DNA of 4,497 nucleotides from a virus (Duplodnaviria; Heunggongvirae; Uroviricota; Caudoviricetes): IMG/VR virus record IMGVR_UViG_2648501230_000017; one strand, 5' to 3'. Shown piece by piece: positions 1 to 4,441 of this stretch (position 1 is its first letter; each line of letters starts with the position of its first letter). The notes under the pieces were generated by a model. It saw only the letters and a program-made list of their open reading frames with translations, ran no database searches and was not told where the DNA came from. The position numbers and the translations under genes were made by a program.

Positions 1-70
1 GAAGCAGCGCACAAAAAATCTTGCGCCGCTGCCTCACGCCCACCAGCAAAACCCGCCACAGGAAAAGACG

Positions 71-412
71 GTGGTCAGCATTGCCGTTGATCCCGAGTCA
101 CCGGCTCAGTATCTCCAGCGCCAGAAATCACAACGGGAAGAGATGCCTGTATACACGCGCTGGGTAAAAACGCAGAAATGCATGACGTGTGGCAATCAGG
201 CAGATGATCCGCATCACATCATTGGTCATGGACTGGGAGGGATGGGAACAAAGGCTGATGATTTGTTTGTTATTCCGCTGTGCCGTAAATGCCATAGCGA
301 ACTACACGCCGGGGTAAAAGATTTTGAAGAAAAACACGGCAGCCAGCTGTTGTTGCTGATTCGTTTTTTAATGCACGCGAGAAATTCGGGTGTTCTGAAG
401 TGGAAAGCATAA
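71..412 (+). CDS. nin-region zinc-binding protein, YbcO/DUF1364-like putative nuclease; start uncertain
   Basis: ORF immediately upstream of rusA, stop TAA 410-412 abutting the rusA ATG at 413. Contains C-x2-C (CMTCGN) and C-x2-C-H (CRKCH) pairs and a GHGLGGMGTK motif. Reading frame is open back to base 2, so the true start may be GTG 71, ATG 143 (preceded by GGGAAGAG) or upstream of the window. Family assignment is from recollection and synteny, not a search. Confidence 0.7.
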   Translation: MVSIAVDPESPAQYLQRQKSQREEMPVYTRWVKTQKCMTCGNQADDPHHIIGHGLGGMGTKADDLFVIPLCRKCHSELHAGVKDFEEKHGSQLLLLIRFLMHARNSGVLKWKA

Positions 413-778
413 ATGACTGAACGCATAGAATTTGTTTTGCCTTACCCGCCAACGGTGAACACTTACTGGCGTCGTCGTGGCAGCACATATTTTGTATCAA
501 AAGCCGGGGAGCGTTATCGCCGGGCAGTGGCGCTTATTGTTCGCCAGCAGCGGCTGAAATTAAGCCTGTCCGGAAGGTTGGCAATAAAAATTATTGCAGA
601 ACCACCGGATAAGCGCCGCCGTGACCTGGACAATATCCTGAAAGCACCACTGGATGCGTTGACGCATGCCGGACTTCTCATAGACGACGAGCAGTTTGAT
701 GAAATCAATATTGTGCGCGGTCAGCTCGTTCCTGGTGGGCGGCTGGGCGTGAAGATTTACAAAATTGAGAGTGAGTGA
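413..778 (+). CDS. rusA: Holliday junction resolvase RusA (lambdoid prophage crossover junction endodeoxyribonuclease)
   Basis: About 121 aa. Matches the RusA pattern: N-terminal VNTYWRRRG, PDKRRRDLDNILKAPLDALTHAGLLIDDEQ with the catalytic Asp cluster, C-terminal GGRLGVKIYKIE. Size and position (nin region, upstream of Q) are canonical. Confidence 0.93.
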   Translation: MTERIEFVLPYPPTVNTYWRRRGSTYFVSKAGERYRRAVALIVRQQRLKLSLSGRLAIKIIAEPPDKRRRDLDNILKAPLDALTHAGLLIDDEQFDEINIVRGQLVPGGRLGVKIYKIESE

Positions 779-786
779 TCGTAAAT

Positions 787-1329
787 ATGATATACCCGGA
801 AATTACAGGCAAAAGCGGCGAGCATTTACGTCTAAAAACGCTGGAAGCCGTCTGGATCCAGGGGAAATTACGGATGTGGGGGCGTTGGTCGTATATAGGT
901 GGTGGCAAACCAGGAAATATGTTCAATCAGTTGCTGGCATCCAAAAAACTGACAAAAACCGCAATCAATGAAGCCCTGCGTAGAATCAGGGAGTCAGGGA
1001 TTGATAAACCAGAGCTGGAAGCATTCTTGCGAGAGATGATCGCTGGCAGACAGAAGAGCTGGTTGTCTCACTGTACTGATGCAGAGGCGTTACGCATTGA
1101 TGGGGTGATAAGTAAAGCGCTTGCACGTTATCCTGGATTGATTGATATCCTGCGGCAAAGGTACGAAGGGCGGGGGATGAGTAAACGCAAAATGGCTGAA
1201 TTGTTGAATGAGGTGCACCCGGAATGGTGTTTTAGTACATGCGAAAAGCGAATTGCTAATTGGTTGGCTGTTGCTGAATATGCGCTATACATCCCTATGC
1301 GAGAATCGTTTGCTCAAAAAATGTCTTGA
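787..1329 (+). CDS. putative late-gene antiterminator Q-like protein (alternative GTG start at 775 overlaps the rusA stop)
   Basis: About 180 aa ORF directly after rusA and directly before a PR'-like promoter and a strong intrinsic terminator, the syntenic position of Q in lambdoid phages. Contains an L-x-x-W-G-x-W motif (RMWGRWS) that I recall from some Q families. Not lambda-Q-like in sequence; assignment rests mainly on synteny. Confidence 0.6.
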   Translation: MIYPEITGKSGEHLRLKTLEAVWIQGKLRMWGRWSYIGGGKPGNMFNQLLASKKLTKTAINEALRRIRESGIDKPELEAFLREMIAGRQKSWLSHCTDAEALRIDGVISKALARYPGLIDILRQRYEGRGMSKRKMAELLNEVHPEWCFSTCEKRIANWLAVAEYALYIPMRESFAQKMS

Positions 1330-1354
1330 TTTTTTACGCATAAACTGTTTCAAT
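1326..1354 (+). promoter_or_regulatory. candidate late promoter PR'-like (-35 TTGATT, 17-bp spacer, extended -10 TGtTTCAAT)
   Basis: -35 TTGATT at 1326-1331 overlapping the Q stop codon, 17-nt spacer, TG at 1346-1347 and -10 TTCAAT at 1349-1354. Predicted start near 1361 would give a transcript of about 75-80 nt ending at the terminator at 1413-1438. Confidence 0.3.
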
Positions 1355-1412
1355 CCAGCTACGCTTCGCAAAGCTATACCGCGAGGCGAATAGCAGACAT
1401 GGACACCTGAAA

Positions 1413-1438
1413 GAACCCGCTTTATGCGGGTTTTTTTA
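1413..1438 (+). terminator. rho-independent terminator (tR'-like) downstream of Q
   Basis: Hairpin CCCGC (1416-1420) / loop TTTAT / GCGGG (1426-1430), followed by a run of seven T (1431-1437). Confidence 0.8.
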
Positions 1439-1559
1439 TGTCTGAAAAACGGCACAGAACATTAAACGCGCTGGTAGTTGTGAATACTGGTCTTTCAGCT
1501 TGCTGGCTTTTTCGACAAGAGGTATTGGTATGTCACGTTAACCGGAAAAGGGAAAAAGC

Positions 1560-1757
1560 ATGCTAAAACAGCAGGATATGACCGAAACCGCCAGAGTGGT
1601 GTTTAATGAATTAAGCGTCACCGAACCGGCGACCGTCGGGGAAATTGCGCAGAATACTTACCTTTCACGCGAACGCTGCCAGTTAATACTGACTCAGCTT
1701 GTTATGGCGGGTCTGGCAGATTATCAGTTCGGTTGTTACAGACGCCTTCCGCAGTGA
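1560..1757 (+). CDS. small hypothetical protein with helix-turn-helix-like segment (putative DNA-binding)
   Basis: 65 aa ORF with ATG at 1560 preceded by AAGGGA at 6-nt spacing. The segment ATVGEIAQNTYLSRERCQLILTQLVMAGL looks like an HTH. Its stop codon lies inside a terminator hairpin. Confidence 0.55.
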   Translation: MLKQQDMTETARVVFNELSVTEPATVGEIAQNTYLSRERCQLILTQLVMAGLADYQFGCYRRLPQ

Positions 1758-1770
1758 AGGCTTTTTAATT
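1744..1770 (+). terminator. rho-independent terminator at the 3' end of the small HTH ORF
   Basis: Stem GCCTTC (1744-1749) / loop CGCAGT / GAAGGC (1756-1761), followed by TTTTTAATTT. Confidence 0.55.
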
Positions 1771-1907
1771 TGTGGTAATGGGCGGCTGGTGGGTGTTAGC
1801 GGCACCTGCCAGCCATCTGCTCATGCGTTGGGGTCACAAGCAAACCTCAGGCCCATCTGCTTTGCGCAAAAGCGGTATGAGCCTATCAGAGAAGTGCTTA
1901 TTGATCT

Positions 1908-2957
1908 ATGATTAATACTGTAAAAATATCCAGTTGTGAGTTAATCAACGCTGATTGCCTGGAATTTATCCAGACCTTACCGGAAAACTCTGTCGATCTG
2001 ATAGTCACAGACCCGCCATACTTTAAAGTGAAGCCCGAGGGCTGGGATAACCAGTGGGAGGGCGACGATGATTACCTGAAATGGCTGGACCAGTGTCTGG
2101 CGCAGTTCTGGCGGGTACTGAAGCCTGCCGGAAGTCTTTACCTGTTCTTTGGTCATCGCCTGGCATCTGACACCGAAATCATGATGCGTGAGCGCTTTAA
2201 TGTGCTGAACCACATTATCTGGGCGAAGCCGTCCGGACGCTGGAACGGGTGCAATAAGGAAAGTCTGCGGGCGTATTTTCCGGCAACAGAGCGCATTCTG
2301 TTTGCAGAACATTATCAGGGACCGTATCGCCCGAAAGATGATGGCTATGTGGCACAGGGGCGCGAGCTAAAACAGCACGTCATGGCCCCGCTGATTTCTT
2401 ACTTTCGTGATGCGCGTAAATCACTGGGAATAACGTCAAAACAGATAGCGGAAGCCACCGGAAAGAAAAACATGGCTTCGCACTGGTTTGGTACCAGTCA
2501 GTGGCAGTTACCGAACGAGGGTAATTACAACAAATTGCAGGCGTTGTTTGCGCGTGTTGCGGCAGAAAAACATCAGCGCGGGGAACTGGAAAAGCCACAC
2601 CACCAGCTGGTCAGCACATACAGTGAGCTGAACCGGCAGTATACGGAACTGCTGAGTGAATATAAAAATTTGCGGCGGTATTTCGGTGTGACGGCGCAGG
2701 TTCCGTACACCGATGTCTGGACGCATAAACCGGTGCAGTACTATCCAGGGAAACATCCGTGCGAAAAACCGGCAGAAATGCTGCAGCAGATAATCAACGC
2801 GAGCAGTCGTCCGGGAGACCTGGTTGCAGATTTTTTTATGGGTTCAGGTTCAACGGTAAAAGCGGCGATGGCACTGGGGCGTTGTGCGATTGGTGTTGAG
2901 CTGGAGACAGGACGTTTTGAACAGACAGTCAGGGAAGTTCAGGATTTAATCGTTTGA
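1908..2957 (+). CDS. DNA amino-methyltransferase, beta-class (N6-adenine or N4-cytosine; PF01555-like), apparently orphan
   Basis: 349 aa. N-terminal motif IV DLIVTDPPY (DPPY at nt 2010-2021), then near the C-terminus HPCEKP followed by the AdoMet motif I DFFMGSGST and AAMALGRCAIGVELE. Motif IV before motif I gives the beta-class order. No restriction endonuclease partner is visible in the window. Confidence 0.93.
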   Translation: MINTVKISSCELINADCLEFIQTLPENSVDLIVTDPPYFKVKPEGWDNQWEGDDDYLKWLDQCLAQFWRVLKPAGSLYLFFGHRLASDTEIMMRERFNVLNHIIWAKPSGRWNGCNKESLRAYFPATERILFAEHYQGPYRPKDDGYVAQGRELKQHVMAPLISYFRDARKSLGITSKQIAEATGKKNMASHWFGTSQWQLPNEGNYNKLQALFARVAAEKHQRGELEKPHHQLVSTYSELNRQYTELLSEYKNLRRYFGVTAQVPYTDVWTHKPVQYYPGKHPCEKPAEMLQQIINASSRPGDLVADFFMGSGSTVKAAMALGRCAIGVELETGRFEQTVREVQDLIV

Positions 2958-2968
2958 AACGGATGGGA

Positions 2969-2997
2969 TTGCAGAATTAATTACGCACCATTATTAT
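2969..2997 (+). promoter_or_regulatory. candidate sigma70 promoter for the tRNA cluster (-35 TTGCAG, 17-bp spacer, -10 TATTAT)
   Basis: TTGCAG at 2969-2974, 17-nt spacer, TATTAT at 2992-2997. Predicted start about 3004, just before the mature tRNA 5' end at 3007. Confidence 0.45.
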
Positions 2998-3006
2998 TCT
3001 GCTACC

Positions 3007-3082
3007 GGCCCTTTAGCTCAGTGGTGAGAGCGAGCGACTCATAATCGCCAGGTCGCTGGTTCAAATCCAGCAAGGGCCACCA
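3007..3082 (+). tRNA. ileZ: tRNA-Ile2 (anticodon CAU, lysidine type; ileX/ileZ-like; formally could be tRNA-Met)
   Basis: 76 nt cloverleaf folded by hand: acceptor GGCCCTT/AAGGGCC, D-arm GCTC/GAGC, anticodon loop CTCATAA (CAT), T-arm GCTGG-TTCAAAT-CCAGC, discriminator A, encoded CCA. The anticodon arm CGACTCATAATCG resembles E. coli ileX as I recall it. Confidence 0.9.
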
Positions 3083-3089
3083 TCACATA

Positions 3090-3166
3090 CCGCCATTAGC
3101 TCATCGGCAGAGAGCGTCAGCTTTCGAAACTGGCTGTGTGGGGCCCGGGTCCCCGATGGCAATCCA
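3090..3166 (+). tRNA. tRNA-Arg(UCG)-like, degenerate (argN-like; possible pseudogene)
   Basis: 77 nt with tRNA architecture: D-arm GCTC/GAGC, anticodon loop TTTCGAA (U33, anticodon TCG, A37), encoded CCA at 3164-3166. Atypical features: the first two acceptor pairs are C:A mismatches, the anticodon stem has one C:A mismatch, and the T-loop is CCCGGGT rather than TTCRANY. Confidence 0.45.
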
Positions 3167-3179
3167 TTATCTGCATTAT

Positions 3180-3256
3180 GCGTTGTTAGCTCAGCCGGAC
3201 AGAGCAATTGCCTTCTAAGCAATCGGTCACTGGTTCGAATCCAGTACAACGCGCCA
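3180..3256 (+). tRNA. argO: tRNA-Arg (anticodon UCU; reads AGA/AGG)
   Basis: 77 nt canonical cloverleaf: acceptor GCGTTGT/ACAACGC, D-arm GCTC/GAGC, anticodon stem ATTGC/GCAAT with loop CTTCTAA (TCT), T-arm ACTGG-TTCGAAT-CCAGT, discriminator G, encoded CCA. Confidence 0.9.
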
Positions 3257-3393
3257 TATTCATTCTTCCAGATTTCTTCCGGCAGAGCCTTATACTGGAA
3301 TATACCTGGCTCAGTATATTGTTGAAAATATTATATGTTTGTCAAAAATAAAAGTTCTGTTAAGTATTGATTGAGTGTTTGTTATACGGTCTA

Positions 3394-3720
3394 ATGGTTT
3401 TTTCAGTATTAAATATTTATCATTCATATGGTGTGGGTAGAGTGAATATTGATGAGGCGTCGGGGTGTTTCATCCTTAGGCAGCGTATTGATATAGTCAA
3501 TGCAGCACGAGCAAAGGCCTTCAGCCGTTTGACAGTTTTGTTCTGTACTCCTGATCGTCTTTTGGGAAGAGACGTTATTATTCTGAATAGTGATGCTATA
3601 CAGAGGGTTTGCGATGAGTTCATGGTTGCTAATTCAGAATTATTTGCTCTTGTTCAGGAGTACAACAGAATAGCCAGGACCTGTGGTATGGATGAACTTC
3701 GGATTACTCATCTGGGGTAG
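3394..3720 (+). CDS. hypothetical cargo protein at the position occupied by stxAB in Stx phages; rare-codon-rich; start uncertain
   Basis: ORF open from 3367 (TTG) to TAG 3718-3720; first in-frame ATG at 3394, alternative GTG at 3433 and 3442. Of 11 Arg codons, 3 AGA, 3 AGG, 1 CGA, 1 CGG and 3 CGT; of 10 Ile codons, 3 ATA. No recognisable motif and no clear Shine-Dalgarno. The first ~60 nt are very AT-rich, so the real start may be internal. Confidence 0.5.
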   Translation: MVFSVLNIYHSYGVGRVNIDEASGCFILRQRIDIVNAARAKAFSRLTVLFCTPDRLLGRDVIILNSDAIQRVCDEFMVANSELFALVQEYNRIARTCGMDELRITHLG

Positions 3721-3800
3721 ATACATATCTGGATTATCACCTGTTACGGTAAAAAGTGATTGCTTACTGTTTTTGTGAATGGCATTGCAGCAGCCGGATA

Positions 3801-3887
3801 ATGTCAGTGCTGGCTGACGGTGTGCTGGTGGCGGGTGTGGTGGTTGTTGCTTTCCCGTTGCTGAAAAAGAAAACGCCAGACTGTTAG
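3801..3887 (+). CDS. candidate micro-ORF: 28-aa hydrophobic peptide (MSVLADGVLVAGVVVVAFPLLKKKTPDC), possible small membrane protein
   Basis: ATG 3801 to TAG 3885-3887. Single hydrophobic stretch followed by KKK, with E. coli-preferred codons (CTG, GTG, GCG). No clear SD. An in-frame GTG at 3756 would extend it to about 43 aa. Below the ORF-track threshold, found by manual translation. Confidence 0.2.
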   Translation: MSVLADGVLVAGVVVVAFPLLKKKTPDC

Positions 3888-4111
3888 CCGGGTATCAGTT
3901 AGCGGGAGAAATTTTTAAATACTTCACAATTCAGGCGGTTGACTGTTGTCTGGTTTGCGGGGAGTTTGTTAAAAGAAACTGGCATGGTGAATCCCCCTGT
4001 GCGGAGGGGCAATCAGCGAGTAGGTATATGGGATAATCGCGGATTCAGGTGCTGGTACTGAATTCACCGGGAGGCACCCGGCACCATGCAATGGCACATA
4101 GCGCCACTCTC

Positions 4112-4148
4112 CAGCCCCTCTCCGGAGGGGCTGTTTATATTGATTTTG
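4112..4148 (+). terminator. rho-independent terminator closing the cargo module
   Basis: 9-bp GC-rich stem (4112-4120 CAGCCCCTC pairing 4125-4133 GAGGGGCTG) with loop TCCG, followed by the T-rich tract TTTATATTGATTTTG. The opposite strand lacks a U-tract, so it is + strand specific. Confidence 0.6.
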
Positions 4149-4164
4149 TCAGATGTGAGTAAAC

Positions 4165-4198
4165 TCCTTATGGACTTTGTTGTTTTAGTCCATAAGGA
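4165..4198. repeat. perfect 12-bp inverted repeat with 10-nt spacer (TCCTTATGGACT-TTGTTGTTTT-AGTCCATAAGGA)
   Basis: Arms 4165-4176 and 4187-4198 are exact reverse complements. No adjacent U-tract on either strand, so it is not a classical terminator; could be a protein-binding palindrome or an RNA stem-loop. Confidence 0.7.
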
Positions 4199-4386
4199 CA
4201 TATTTGCAGAGTGCAACGGTTATTAAAGCATTCATTCAATACGTTATCTGTATTTGTAGGGCATTCCTGGCTGTTTTTGATTAAATTCCAGAATGTTTTA
4301 TTGAATGGTACTACGTTGTAAATGGTTACAGGTAGCACTTTGTTATTGAGCATGATGCCTGTGTGAGTCAGTGTAAATATACTTTC

Positions 4387-4441
4387 AGGAGGTAAGAAAG
4401 TGGATTTGCCCCTATATTTCCAGACACCTGTTATCACTTAA
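4387..4441 (+). promoter_or_regulatory. strong ribosome-binding site (AGGAGG) with GTG start and 13-codon mini-ORF; possible leader peptide or translational signal of a downstream gene
   Basis: AGGAGG at 4387-4392, 7-nt spacer, GTG at 4400, [16 protein letters not shown] ending TAA 4439-4441. Preceded by about 200 bp of AT-rich sequence with a TATACT -10-like hexamer at 4378-4383. Confidence 0.25.

Noticed and set aside
226-926. Minus-strand ORFs 226-426, 270-500, 514-708 and 705-926 (64-76 aa each)
   Set aside because: All are antisense to the well-supported YbcO-like, rusA and Q-like genes, with no RBS or family-like sequence; typical shadow ORFs.
765-971. Plus-strand ORF 765-971 (68 aa) in an alternative frame
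   Set aside because: Lies entirely inside the Q-like gene in another frame; the Q frame continues for about 180 aa.
1208-1393. Plus-strand ORF 1208-1393 (61 aa)
   Set aside because: Overlaps the 3' end of the Q-like gene out of frame and runs into the PR'/terminator region; no RBS.
1699-1911. Plus-strand ORF 1699-1911 (70 aa, TTG start) whose stop overlaps the methylase ATG
   Set aside because: Overlaps the HTH ORF out of frame, spans the terminator hairpin at 1744-1770 and has only a TTG start; the ATGA overlap with the methylase is probably coincidental. Not excluded as a coupled upstream ORF.
1977-2756. Minus-strand ORFs 1977-2312, 2380-2598 and 2508-2756
   Set aside because: Antisense to the methyltransferase gene, which has clear conserved motifs on the + strand.
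3061-3249. Minus-strand ORF 3061-3249 (62 aa)
   Set aside because: Overlaps all three tRNA genes; an artefact of the structured tRNA sequence.
3420-3623. Minus-strand ORF 3420-3623 (67 aa)
   Set aside because: Antisense to the rare-codon cargo ORF; the + strand frame is longer and its codon bias matches the adjacent tRNAs.
4086-4226. Plus-strand 46-codon ORF from ATG 4086 (preceded by GGGAGG) spanning the terminator and the palindrome
   Set aside because: It reads straight through two strong hairpins and the product looks like a translation of structural RNA elements; more likely non-coding.
4168-4437. Minus-strand ORF 4168-4437 (89 aa, GTG start, Asn/Lys/Thr-rich)
   Set aside because: Such ORFs arise easily in AT-rich DNA; GTG start with only a weak GGG upstream, and its 3' end runs through the 12-bp palindrome. 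Kept as a possibility: if real it would be a small cargo gene convergent with the + strand module.
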